From the NCBI GenBank assembly GCA_946621875.1, contig CAMOOX010000001.1, positions 6,280 through 70,279 of the forward strand: a stretch of 64,000 bases of DNA, in the 5' to 3' direction. This DNA comes from an uncultured Clostridia bacterium (GTDB taxonomy: Bacteria > Bacillota > Clostridia > UBA1381). The position numbers and the translations under genes are program-made. Within the stretch, counting starts at the first letter, position 1. Every line of letters begins with the position of its first letter. The notes beneath the pieces are model-generated. The model made no database searches. It worked only from the letters and a program-made list of their open reading frames with translations, and was not told the DNA's origin. Shown piece by piece: positions 12,718 through 21,852 of this stretch.

Positions 12718-12752
12718 AAAAAGTTGACTGCATAGTTACAGTCAACTTTTTT
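12717..12752. terminator. Bidirectional intrinsic terminator between the 78-aa ORF and the Clp ATPase gene
   Basis: Perfect 14-nt inverted repeat AAAAAAGTTGACTG / CAGTCAACTTTTTT with an 8-nt loop. A- and T-tracts lie on both sides. Confidence 0.8.
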
Positions 12753-15051
12753 GTTGTAAGGATAAGACAGTAATCTCGATTTCGTTGCCCTTGCGGTCAG
12801 CAATAATATGCATACCTTCGGAAATTGTGTTCCTTAATGAAAAATCTGCAAGTTTATCTTCAACAAGGGTTTGAATTGCGCGTTTTAATGGTCTTGCGCC
12901 GTATTTTATATCAAAGCCTTTTTCAAGAATAAGCGTTTTTGCATTTTCGGTAATCTCTATTTTCGCACCCTTTTGCGCCATTCTTTCGGTAATATCCAAA
13001 AGCATAAGGTCAACAATTCTTTTAAGTTCGTCTTTTGTAAGAGGCGAGAAGGTCACAACTTCATCAATTCTGTTTAAGAATTCAGGACGGAAACGCTCTT
13101 TCAAACTCTTTTCAACATTATTTTTAAGAGTTACCGCGCTGTCTGAGTTAAAGCCTATTGATGCAGAGTCAAACTCCGAGCCTGCGTTGGTAGTCATAAT
13201 TATAATTGTGTTTTCAAAATTGACAATTTTGCCGTGGCTGTCCGAAACTCTGCCGTCATCTAAAATCTGTAAGAAAAGATTAAAGATTTCGGGATGTGCT
13301 TTCTCAATTTCATCAAGCAAAATTACCGAGTATGGCTTTCTTCTGACCTTTTCGGTAAGCTGTCCTGCCTCGTCATAACCAACATATCCGGGAGGTGAGC
13401 CAATTAGCTTTGAAACGGAATGTTTTTCCATAAATTCCGACATATCAAAGCGTATAAGCGCATCTTCGTTATCAAACATAACCTCTGCGATGGTTTTAAC
13501 AAGCTCAGTTTTACCGACGCCCGTGGGACCTGCAAATATAAAGGATACGGGACGGCGCTTAAATGTAATATCAGCCCTGCCTCTGCGTATCGCCCTGCAA
13601 ACTGCGCTTACTGCATCATTTTGACCGATAACACGCTTATGAATTCTGTCCTCTAAGCACAAAAGTTTTGTTGTTTCGCCCTCTGTCAGCTTATGCACGG
13701 GGATTTTTGTCCAGTTTTCGATAACGGCTGCGACATCTTCAAGGGTAACAACAGCATCTTTTGCCTCTGATTCTTTTATTTTAAGCGTTTCTTCAAGCTC
13801 CAACTTTTCCTGTTTTAACCTTGCGACAGTTTCAAAATCTTCACTATTTGCTGCCTCTTGCGAAAATGCGTCAATTTCTGAAATGCGCTGTTTTATTTTG
13901 ACAGCTTCATAAAGCGGAATGTTTTTAAGATTAACGCTTGATGATGCTTCATCAATGACATCTATTGCCTTATCGGGCAGAAAACGGTCGGTAATATACC
14001 GCTCGCTCATACGGCAGGCAGCCTCTAAAACCTCATCAGGTATCGTCACTTTGTGATAATCTTCATAATAGTCTTTTATTCCGCGCAGGATTTCTATTGA
14101 CTCCGAAATGCTCGGCTCATCAATTAAAACTGGCTGAAAACGGCGTTCCAAAGCGGTGTCCTTTTCGATATGCTTTCTGTACTCATTAAGAGTAGTTGCG
14201 CCTATAATCTGAATTTCTCCTCGCGCCAAGGCCGGTTTTAAAATATTCGCTGCACTCATTGCACCGTCTGCGTCACCTGCTGCAACAATGTTGTGGATTT
14301 CGTCAATAACCAGAATGACATTTCCCGCGTCTTCTGCCTCTATAAGCAGATTTTTAAGGCGTGCCTCAAATTGACCGCGGAACTGTGTTCCTGCAACAAG
14401 AGCGGTAAAATCAATAAGGTAAAGTTGGTATCCCAAAAGCTTAGGCGGCACTTTTTCATCCACAATACGGCAGGCAAGGCCTTCCGCAATTGCGGTTTTG
14501 CCGACACCTGGCTCGCCCAAGATAACAGGGTTATTTTTCGACCGCCTGTTAAGTATCTGAATTACGCGGTCGATTTCAGAATTTCGGTTTATGACACGGT
14601 CAACTTTGCCTGATTTTGCCATTTCGGTAAGATTTGTGCCATAAGTATCTAACATACTTTTTTTCTTGCCAAAATGAGGCTTCTTTTGTGTTTTTGCATT
14701 TTTGTCGGTTTTATCCTCATTTTCTTTTTTGGGCATAAATGAAGACATAAATCCAAGCGGAAAGGTATGAGCTCCGCCCTCTTCGGCGCTGCCCGGGTTT
14801 TCTCCCTGCATCAATTCTTCAAGGTTTTCGGGGTTTGCACCGATATTTTCCATAAAATCCGACATTTCGCTGTTTAGGTTTTCTATGTCGGAATCGGTTA
14901 TTCCCATTTTTTCAATCATATCATTTATCGGGGCAATGCCAAGCTCCTTTGCGCAGGCAAGGCAAAGTCCCTCATTTGTCGTCTTATTACCCTCCATTTT
15001 TGTGATATAAATAATGGCAGGGTTTTTGTGACAACGAGAACATAATTTCAT
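12742..15051 (-). CDS. ClpC/ClpA-family double-AAA+ unfoldase with an N-terminal zinc ribbon instead of a Clp_N domain
   Basis: 769 aa. Walker [10 protein letters not shown] (D1) and GPTGVGKTE (D2), a UVR-like middle motif, and the ClpP-docking IGF loop (codons 13150-13158). N-terminus is CSRCHKNPA..x..CLACAKE. Confidence 0.9.
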   Translation of the reverse strand: MKLCSRCHKNPAIIYITKMEGNKTTNEGLCLACAKELGIAPINDMIEKMGITDSDIENLNSEMSDFMENIGANPENLEELMQGENPGSAEEGGAHTFPLGFMSSFMPKKENEDKTDKNAKTQKKPHFGKKKSMLDTYGTNLTEMAKSGKVDRVINRNSEIDRVIQILNRRSKNNPVILGEPGVGKTAIAEGLACRIVDEKVPPKLLGYQLYLIDFTALVAGTQFRGQFEARLKNLLIEAEDAGNVILVIDEIHNIVAAGDADGAMSAANILKPALARGEIQIIGATTLNEYRKHIEKDTALERRFQPVLIDEPSISESIEILRGIKDYYEDYHKVTIPDEVLEAACRMSERYITDRFLPDKAIDVIDEASSSVNLKNIPLYEAVKIKQRISEIDAFSQEAANSEDFETVARLKQEKLELEETLKIKESEAKDAVVTLEDVAAVIENWTKIPVHKLTEGETTKLLCLEDRIHKRVIGQNDAVSAVCRAIRRGRADITFKRRPVSFIFAGPTGVGKTELVKTIAEVMFDNEDALIRFDMSEFMEKHSVSKLIGSPPGYVGYDEAGQLTEKVRRKPYSVILLDEIEKAHPEIFNLFLQILDDGRVSDSHGKIVNFENTIIIMTTNAGSEFDSASIGFNSDSAVTLKNNVEKSLKERFRPEFLNRIDEVVTFSPLTKDELKRIVDLMLLDITERMAQKGAKIEITENAKTLILEKGFDIKYGARPLKRAIQTLVEDKLADFSLRNTISEGMHIIADRKGNEIEITVLSLQQKS

Positions 15052-15143
15052 TTGCGTGTTCCTCCGATTAAAGTTAGAAATAATTGTAGCACAATAAAGA
15101 AAATATTAAAAGAGGTTTTTTTATAAATTTACAGTTTGTTAAT

Positions 15144-15620
15144 TTATTTGTGATATGTTTCGTTTGCGCTTATCTTAAAAGCTCGGTAAATCTGCTCTAA
15201 AAGTACAACGCGCATAAGTTGGTGAGGAAGAGTTATTTTTCCGAAACTAAGCGCCATATCCGATACGGATTTCACTTTCTTGCAAAGTCCCAAAGAACCG
15301 CCTATTATAAAGGTGATATTGGAATTTACGGACTTTATACTGTCAAGCTTTTGCGAAAATTCCGTGCTTGAAAGCTCTTTTCCCTCAATGCACATAGCTA
15401 TATTATAGCTGTTTTTCGGAATTTGTGCTAAAATCTGCGCGCCCTCTTTTTCAAGTATTAAATCAATTTCCCTTTGCGATGCATTTTCGGGGATTTTTTC
15501 ATCTTTTATCTCAACGACCTCCAAAGAGGCAAATCGCGAAAGGCGCTTTTTATACTCGGAAATGGCATCGGAGAAAAACTTTTCCTTGATTTTGCCTACT
15601 GAAATCACAGTTATCTTCAT
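15144..15620 (-). CDS. rlmH: 23S rRNA (pseudouridine1915-N3)-methyltransferase
   Basis: 158 aa SPOUT protein. MKITVISVGKIKEKF.. start and C-terminal LPHQLMRVVLLEQIYRA motif. Confidence 0.9.
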   Translation of the reverse strand: MKITVISVGKIKEKFFSDAISEYKKRLSRFASLEVVEIKDEKIPENASQREIDLILEKEGAQILAQIPKNSYNIAMCIEGKELSSTEFSQKLDSIKSVNSNITFIIGGSLGLCKKVKSVSDMALSFGKITLPHQLMRVVLLEQIYRAFKISANETYHK

Positions 15621-15636
15621 TTGGAGATATTCCTCC

Positions 15637-16419
15637 TTATTTATGAGCTAAAAATGTGGTTGGTAAATAGCGGTTTGCAACCGATAGGGAAAAGTCTTTT
15701 CCGGCTATTATACCGCTTTTTTTGGCAAGCTCGGCCGTTTCTAAAAGCGCGGCTTTGGGTGTATTGTTATCATTTGAAAGGTGGGCAAGCATTATATGCT
15801 TTGTTCCGCTTTCAAGCAGATTTAAGGCAGTTTGCGCTGCATCATTATTTGAAAGATGTCCGAAATTTCCTAATATACGCCGTTTCAAAAATTCGGGATA
15901 GCGTCCGTTTTTCAGCATAGTAATGTCATGGTTTGACTCTAAAATAACTGCAATACTGCCTTTAATATTTTCAAAAATATAATCATTCATATGCCCGATA
16001 TCGGTTGCGATTGAAAGCTTGTTGTTTCCGTAAAAAAAGCTGTATCCCACAGGGTCTATCGCATCATGCGGGATTGAAAAGGGTTTTATCCCGAGTGTGC
16101 CTATTTCAAAATCCTTACCGGGTGATATATATTTGATATTTTCATCCGATATGCCGCAATTTTTCATAGCGTTATGGGTTTGTTCAGTCGCAAAAACGGG
16201 CAGACCGTACTTTTTTGATACGACGCCTGCCCCTTTTATGTGGTCGGAATGTTCGTGCGTAATAAGTATAGCGGACAAATTATCGGGAGATATTCCGATT
16301 GATTTCAGTAGTTCTTCAAGTCGCCTTATTCCGAGTCCGCAATCGCAAAGTACGGTTGTTTTCCCGTCGGAAATCAATGAACAATTCCCCGATGAACCGC
16401 TTACAAGTGATAAAAACAT
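15637..16419 (-). CDS. MBL-fold metallo-hydrolase (YycJ/WalJ-like)
   Basis: 260 aa. THEHSDH metal-binding motif, with later H and D ligands. Confidence 0.85.
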   Translation of the reverse strand: MFLSLVSGSSGNCSLISDGKTTVLCDCGLGIRRLEELLKSIGISPDNLSAILITHEHSDHIKGAGVVSKKYGLPVFATEQTHNAMKNCGISDENIKYISPGKDFEIGTLGIKPFSIPHDAIDPVGYSFFYGNNKLSIATDIGHMNDYIFENIKGSIAVILESNHDITMLKNGRYPEFLKRRILGNFGHLSNNDAAQTALNLLESGTKHIMLAHLSNDNNTPKAALLETAELAKKSGIIAGKDFSLSVANRYLPTTFLAHK

Positions 16420-16428
16420 AGCTATTTG

Positions 16429-17700
16429 TCAATTCTCCAAAACTTCAATTCTTTCAATGTGTGCGCCTAAGGCACGGAACTTTTCTTCAAAATTCTCATA
16501 GCCGCGGTCTATGTGATAAAGGTCGGATATTTCGGTAACTCCGTCCGCCATAAGTCCTGCTATAATCATAGCCGCACCGCCCCGCAGGTCGGTTGCGCGT
16601 ACAGAGGTACCCATAAGCGTTGATACACCGTTAATTATAGCAAGCTTTCCTTCTACTGAAATATCAGCGCCCATACGCTTTAATTCTCCAACATAGCGGA
16701 AACGGTCGTCCCATACACCTTCACGGGCATTGCTTGTTCCGGGGATTGTGGAAAGGTATGTAACGAGCTGAGGCTGCATATCGGTAGGAAATCCCGGATA
16801 GGGAAGCGCAATAAAGTTTACCTTTTTCAGCTTTTTGCCCTTTTCGACATAGACACGTACGCTGTCGTCAAATTCCTCCACAGTAACGCCTGATTCAATG
16901 AGTTTTGCGCTGATGGACTCCAAATGCCTCGGTATTACATTTTGGATTGTAACATCTCCGCGGGTAGCTGCTGCCGCAATCATAAATGTGCCTGCCTCAA
17001 TCTGGTCGGGAATGATGGAATATGTACCGCCGTGCAGGCGTTCAACTCCCGTTATCTTTATTGTATCGGTGCCTGCTCCGCGTATTTTTGCGCCCATTGC
17101 GTTCAGGAAGTTGGCAAAATCGACGATATGCGGCTCTTTTGCAGCATTTTCTATTATCGAATTGCCCTTTGCCATAACGGCGCTCATAATAACATTTATT
17201 GTTGCGCCAACAGATGTGACATCAAAATATATGTGCGCACCCTTTAATTCTTCCGCCTCTGCGGAAACTTTGCCATAGGCCTGCGTGCAGGTTGCGCCGA
17301 GTGCTTCAAAGCCTTTAATGTGCTGGTCAATGGGGCGTGTGCCGAAATCACACCCGCCGGGCATGGGTATAACGCACTTTTTAAATCTGCCTAATAGTGC
17401 TCCTATTAAGTATGCCGAACCGCGCATTTTCCTTGCAAGCTCAGCCTTGGGAGAAAAAGATTTTACATTTGTAGAGTCAATAATAACGGTATTTTCATCT
17501 ATAATCTCCACAGATGCACCCAAATCGCGAAGTATATCAAGAAAAAGCTTTACATCTTTTATATTGGGCAGATTTTCAAGTCTGCATTTTGCGTTTATCA
17601 AAAGACAGGCGGGAATGATTGCAACAGCAGCATTTTTAGCGCCGCTTATAGCAATCTTGCCGCTTAGCGGATATCCGCCTTCTATGAGCAGTTTCTCCAA
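16429..17700 (-). CDS. murA: UDP-N-acetylglucosamine 1-carboxyvinyltransferase
   Basis: 423 aa. Active-site loop PGGCDFGTRPID. TTG start behind an AAGGAAGGTG RBS. Confidence 0.95.
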   Translation of the reverse strand: MEKLLIEGGYPLSGKIAISGAKNAAVAIIPACLLINAKCRLENLPNIKDVKLFLDILRDLGASVEIIDENTVIIDSTNVKSFSPKAELARKMRGSAYLIGALLGRFKKCVIPMPGGCDFGTRPIDQHIKGFEALGATCTQAYGKVSAEAEELKGAHIYFDVTSVGATINVIMSAVMAKGNSIIENAAKEPHIVDFANFLNAMGAKIRGAGTDTIKITGVERLHGGTYSIIPDQIEAGTFMIAAAATRGDVTIQNVIPRHLESISAKLIESGVTVEEFDDSVRVYVEKGKKLKKVNFIALPYPGFPTDMQPQLVTYLSTIPGTSNAREGVWDDRFRYVGELKRMGADISVEGKLAIINGVSTLMGTSVRATDLRGGAAMIIAGLMADGVTEISDLYHIDRGYENFEEKFRALGAHIERIEVLEN

Positions 17701-17820
17701 AGAAATTCACCTTCCTTAAACAGCGGTTTTTGAGAAAACAGAAATTTAAACTCATAAGGCTATTATAGCACATATATGTAAAAAAAGTAAAGTAAATACG
17801 AAAAAAAAGGAATTTTGCAC

Positions 17821-17857
17821 AAAAAAACAGAGAAGCAGCTGCTTCTCTGTAAAAAAA
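17821..17857. terminator. Intrinsic terminator downstream of rpmB (palindromic, flanked by A7 runs)
   Basis: Perfect 22-nt palindrome CAGAGAAGCAG/CTGCTTCTCTG (17828-17849) between AAAAAAA runs, which read as a U-tract on the minus strand. Confidence 0.8.
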
Positions 17858-17864
17858 TGTAAAA

Positions 17865-18053
17865 TCAAACCGCACGGGTAACCTTGCCTGAACGCAGGCA
17901 ACGCGTACAAACATTTATAGATTTTGTATTGCCGTTAACAATAGCTCTTACTTTTTTTACGTTGGGCTTCCAAGCTCTGTTGGACCTTCTGTGTGAGTGG
18001 CTGACCTTTATACCGAAAGTAACGCCCTTTCCGCAAATATCGCATTTAGCCAT
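17865..18053 (-). CDS. rpmB: 50S ribosomal protein L28
   Basis: MAKCDICGKG..SHSHRRSNRAWKPNV.., 62 aa. GGAGGTG RBS. The longer track ORF to 18107 is rejected. Confidence 0.95.
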   Translation of the reverse strand: MAKCDICGKGVTFGIKVSHSHRRSNRAWKPNVKKVRAIVNGNTKSINVCTRCLRSGKVTRAV

Positions 18054-18207
18054 ATGCTTAGCACCTCCTATTACATATGAAATATCAAAACACAGCAATT
18101 TTACCATATTTTTTTTAATATTGCAAGTGTTTTTGAAATTTTTTTTAAATTTATTTAAATTGCTGTATTTTTTCAGAGAAAAACTGTTTTTTTATTTGGA
18201 AAAAACA

Positions 18208-18236
18208 TTGAAAATTATGGGATTTTACGATATAAT
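18208..18236 (+). promoter_or_regulatory. Sigma-A-type promoter of hprK-murB-rapZ-whiA
   Basis: TTGAAA (18208-18213), 17-nt spacer, TATAAT (18231-18236). Confidence 0.55.
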
Positions 18237-18282
18237 AAACTTGTGTAATTATATGCATTTTGCTTTTACGGAGGTTAAGGCT

Positions 18283-19224
18283 ATGAGTGATACCACATTT
18301 AACATACATCTTTCCAAGGTAATTGAAGATTTTTCCTTTGAAATGATATATGCATCAAAGGATATTGAAAATGTGATTATAGAAACAGCTGATGTTAACC
18401 GTCCTGCGCTTCAAATAGCGGGGTTTTTCGATTATTTCGACAGTCACAGAATTCAGATTATGGGAAAGGTTGAAATAACATACCTTGAACAGTTTACAAG
18501 GGAAAAGCGGTACAATCTTTTGGAAAAGCTGTTTTCCACAAAGTTCCCCGCACTTATAATAACGCGCAATATGCGGATTTTCCCTGAAATGGTGGAGCTT
18601 GCGGAAAAATATGATTTAACTATTGTACGAACCGAAGAATCTACATCAAGTCTTATGAGTGCGCTTATAAGCTACTTGAATGTGCAGATAGCACCGAGGC
18701 GCACAAGGCACGGCGTTTTAGTTGAAGTTTACGGCGAGGGCGTGCTTATTATGGGCGAAAGCGGAGTCGGAAAAAGCGAAACGGCTATTGAACTTGTGAA
18801 AAGAGGTCACCGTTTGGTTGCAGACGATGCCGTTGAGATAAAGCGAGTATCTTCAAAAACGCTTGTCGGCTCATCTCCCGATATTATAAGGCATTTTGTT
18901 GAACTTCGCGGCATAGGCATTATTGATGTAAAAGAGATTTTTGGTATAGGAGCTGTAAAGGATACAGAAAATATAAATCTTGTAATACATTTAGAGCCTT
19001 GGATTGACGGCAAGCAATATGACAGACTTGGCATGATGGAGGAATACACAAATATAATGGGTATAAATGTTCCGAGTCTTACAATTCCTGTAAAACCGGG
19101 ACGAAATCTTGCCATAATAATAGAAGTTGCATCAATGAATAACCGCCAGAAGCGTATGGGATATAATGCAGCGGTAGAACTTAATAAAAGGCTTATGAAT
19201 GAAATCAGCAAATATAACGAGTAA
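18283..19224 (+). CDS. hprK: HPr kinase/phosphorylase
   Basis: Start MSDTTF.. behind a GGAGG RBS. Walker A GESGVGKSE and LVADD motif. The 5' part of track ORF 17884.. runs antisense to rpmB and is rejected. Confidence 0.93.
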   Translation: MSDTTFNIHLSKVIEDFSFEMIYASKDIENVIIETADVNRPALQIAGFFDYFDSHRIQIMGKVEITYLEQFTREKRYNLLEKLFSTKFPALIITRNMRIFPEMVELAEKYDLTIVRTEESTSSLMSALISYLNVQIAPRRTRHGVLVEVYGEGVLIMGESGVGKSETAIELVKRGHRLVADDAVEIKRVSSKTLVGSSPDIIRHFVELRGIGIIDVKEIFGIGAVKDTENINLVIHLEPWIDGKQYDRLGMMEEYTNIMGINVPSLTIPVKPGRNLAIIIEVASMNNRQKRMGYNAAVELNKRLMNEISKYNE

Positions 19225-19254
19225 AAACTCTGTGCAGTATAAAAGGAGAGCATA

Positions 19255-20115
19255 ATGAATGTCATAAAAAATGAGCCGATGAAAAATCATACATCTTTTA
19301 AAATTGGCGGCATAGCAGATGAATTCTGCGCGCCAAGCAGTATAGAGGAAATCGTCGAGTGTATAAAGTATGCAAAGAAAAAGAATATCCCTTATTTTGT
19401 AATTGGAAACGGAAGCAATATTCTGGTTTCCGATAAAGGGATAAGAGGTCTTGTTATCAAGATTTCAGGGGAATTCTCCCGATATGAGATTTGCGGTGAC
19501 ATAATAAAAGCCCAAAGCGGCGTGCTTTTGTCGGTGCTTGCAAAAGCGGCGCAAAAGGACAGTCTTTCAGGAATGGAGTTTGCCTCGGGTATTCCCGGAA
19601 CGCTTGGCGGCGCAGTTTATATGAACGCAGGCGCATACGGCGGAGAAATGAGCGACATCGTAAAAAGTGTGACATATCTTGAAAACGGCGAAATAAAGAA
19701 AATAGAAAATGGATTTGATTTTGGGTACAGAAAAAGTCTTTTTGCCAAAATAGGTGCAGTGGTTTTGGAGGCAGAGTTGCAGCTGAAAAAAGGAAATACT
19801 GATGAAATAAAAGCAAAAATGGAGGACTATAAGGTACGCAGAACAGAAAAGCAGCCGCTGAATTTTCCAAGTGCGGGAAGCGTTTTCAAACGCCCCGAGG
19901 GGCATTTTGCGGGAGGACTTATTGAGGACGCAGGGCTAAAAGGCTTTGAAACAGGCGGTGCAAAGGTTTCGGAAAAGCACGCGGGATTTATCATAAATAC
20001 AGGCGATGCGACAGCAAGTGATGTTTTGAAACTTATAAAGCATATACAAAAAACAGTAAAAGAAAAATACGGTGTAGAACTTGAAACAGAAGTTAAGTTG
20101 ATGGGGGAATTTTAA
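19255..20115 (+). CDS. murB: UDP-N-acetylmuramate dehydrogenase
   Basis: 286 aa. FAD-binding N-domain (GNGSNIL), catalytic region GSVFKRP. Confidence 0.93.
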   Translation: MNVIKNEPMKNHTSFKIGGIADEFCAPSSIEEIVECIKYAKKKNIPYFVIGNGSNILVSDKGIRGLVIKISGEFSRYEICGDIIKAQSGVLLSVLAKAAQKDSLSGMEFASGIPGTLGGAVYMNAGAYGGEMSDIVKSVTYLENGEIKKIENGFDFGYRKSLFAKIGAVVLEAELQLKKGNTDEIKAKMEDYKVRRTEKQPLNFPSAGSVFKRPEGHFAGGLIEDAGLKGFETGGAKVSEKHAGFIINTGDATASDVLKLIKHIQKTVKEKYGVELETEVKLMGEF

Positions 20116-20967
20116 ATGCAGTTTACGGTTGTTACAGGACTTTCAGGAGCGGGAAAAACGCAAGTCATGCGATTTTTGGAGGATGCAGGATTTTTCTGCA
20201 TCGACAATTTACCTCCCGTAATTATTCCTCAGCTTGCAACAATGTTTATATCAATAAACGGAAAATATGATAATGTTGCATTTGCCATAGACTCACGCGT
20301 GGGTGATATGATAAGCGAACTTTTAGACAATCTTAAAATTTTGAAGGAAAATGGCTATGAATATAAGCTTTTGTTTGTAGATGCGCGTGACGAGGTGCTT
20401 GTAAAAAGATATAAGGAAACGAGGCGCCATCACCCGATTTCAAGCGATTTAGGACTTTTGGACAGCATAAAAAAGGAGCGTGCCATGCTTTCTAAAATAT
20501 ATCAGGAGGCGGACACGGTAATTGATACCTCTGATTTTTCGCTTGAACAGCTTTCAAAAAAACTGAGAAGCATCTATTTTGAAGGAAATCATAGTGAATT
20601 TCAGATAAATATAATGTCATTTGGCTTTAAATACGGAATACCGCTTGATGCAGACCTTGTTTTTGATGTAAGATGCTTTCCAAATCCTTTTTATGTTGAC
20701 GAATTAAAGGACAAGACAGGAAATGATAAAGAGGTGCGCGATTATGTTATGAACACCAAAGCGCCGAAAGAATTTATGAACAAGCTGACGGATATGATAA
20801 AGTTTTTGCTCCCTCTTTACATTGAGGAGGGAAAATCTTCCCTGACCATAGGTATAGGCTGTACGGGAGGTAAGCACAGGAGCGTAACTATGGCAAATGA
20901 ACTTTCTCAGGCGATTGAAAACTATAATAAAAATCTTATTCACAGAGATATTTTAAGGGGTAAATAA
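20116..20967 (+). CDS. rapZ: RNase adapter / nucleotide-binding protein RapZ (YvcJ)
   Basis: 283 aa. Walker A GLSGAGKT and C-terminal GCTGGKHRSV motif. Abuts the murB stop. Confidence 0.9.
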   Translation: MQFTVVTGLSGAGKTQVMRFLEDAGFFCIDNLPPVIIPQLATMFISINGKYDNVAFAIDSRVGDMISELLDNLKILKENGYEYKLLFVDARDEVLVKRYKETRRHHPISSDLGLLDSIKKERAMLSKIYQEADTVIDTSDFSLEQLSKKLRSIYFEGNHSEFQINIMSFGFKYGIPLDADLVFDVRCFPNPFYVDELKDKTGNDKEVRDYVMNTKAPKEFMNKLTDMIKFLLPLYIEEGKSSLTIGIGCTGGKHRSVTMANELSQAIENYNKNLIHRDILRGK

Positions 20968-20968
20968 G

Positions 20969-21841
20969 ATGTCCTTTACTCAAAATATAAAGGAAAATAT
21001 TTCAAAAATAGAAAATAAATGTGCTTTTTGTGATGTTGCGGAGCTTTCGGCACTGTGCAAGCTTTGCACAAATTATCAGGGAGGACAGGTTTTTATAGCG
21101 ACAGAGAATGAGGCGGTTGCAGAACGAGTATATACACTTTTTAAAAGTGTTTTTAAAACAACTGTTGACTATAAGAATAAGAACGGCAATTTCCGTTTTT
21201 ATCCCGATTTTGACTTTTTTGCAGAGACTATGGCGGATAAACTTATGCTCTTTGGCGAAGATTATGAAAAAATCGTGGAAAGGGATTGTTGCAGGGCGGC
21301 GTATATAAGGGGCGCATTTTTAGGAGGCGGCTCTGTAAGCAATCCCAATTCTCGCTACCATATGGAATTTGATGCAAGATATGAGGTTTACGCAAATCAG
21401 CTTTTGAACATTCTAAAAGATTGCGGCATATCGGCAAAGGTGACATATAGGAAAGGCAGATATATCGTATATATAAAAGGGTATGAGCAGATTGCGGGAG
21501 TGCTGGGGATAATAGGCGATTTTACGGCGGCTATGGAGCTTTACAATACCACAATAGAAAAGGATTTGAGAAATAACGCAAACAGACGCAGAAATTGTGA
21601 GGTTGCGAATATTGACAAGATTGCAAAAACTGCCGCACAGCAGATAGCGGCAATAAGGAAAATAGAAAAAACGCCTGAGTTTTCGCTGCTTCCTGACAGT
21701 TTGAAGGAAATGGCGCGGCTGCGCAAAGAAAATCCCTTTGACAGCTTAAAAGAGCTTGGAGAAAAGACTAATCCGCCGATCGGAAAGTCGGGCGTAAATC
21801 ACAGATTAAAGAGGATTGCAGAAATTGCGGAAAAACTGTAA
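20969..21841 (+). CDS. whiA: DNA-binding protein WhiA
   Basis: 290 aa. Degenerate LAGLIDADG-like domain (AYIRGAFLGGGS) plus a C-terminal HTH (SGVNHRLKRI). Starts 1 nt after rapZ. Confidence 0.88.
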   Translation: MSFTQNIKENISKIENKCAFCDVAELSALCKLCTNYQGGQVFIATENEAVAERVYTLFKSVFKTTVDYKNKNGNFRFYPDFDFFAETMADKLMLFGEDYEKIVERDCCRAAYIRGAFLGGGSVSNPNSRYHMEFDARYEVYANQLLNILKDCGISAKVTYRKGRYIVYIKGYEQIAGVLGIIGDFTAAMELYNTTIEKDLRNNANRRRNCEVANIDKIAKTAAQQIAAIRKIEKTPEFSLLPDSLKEMARLRKENPFDSLKELGEKTNPPIGKSGVNHRLKRIAEIAEKL

Positions 21842-21852
21842 GGAGGAGCAGT

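Noticed and set aside
15125-15150. Rex-operator-like half site TTTGTTAATTTATTTGTGA near the rlmH 3' end (and TTGTGAA in the mtrB leader at 25413-25419)
   Set aside because: Only one half-site matches the TTGTTAA/TTGTGAA consensus, and the partner half (TTAACAA/TTCACAA) is absent at the right spacing. Neither location makes sense as a Rex target.
17884-18282. N-terminal 133-codon extension of the hprK ORF in the track
   Set aside because: The extension runs antisense through rpmB and the AT-rich intergenic region. A consensus promoter (18208-18236) and a GGAGG RBS precede the internal ATG at 18283, which gives a normal-length HprK.
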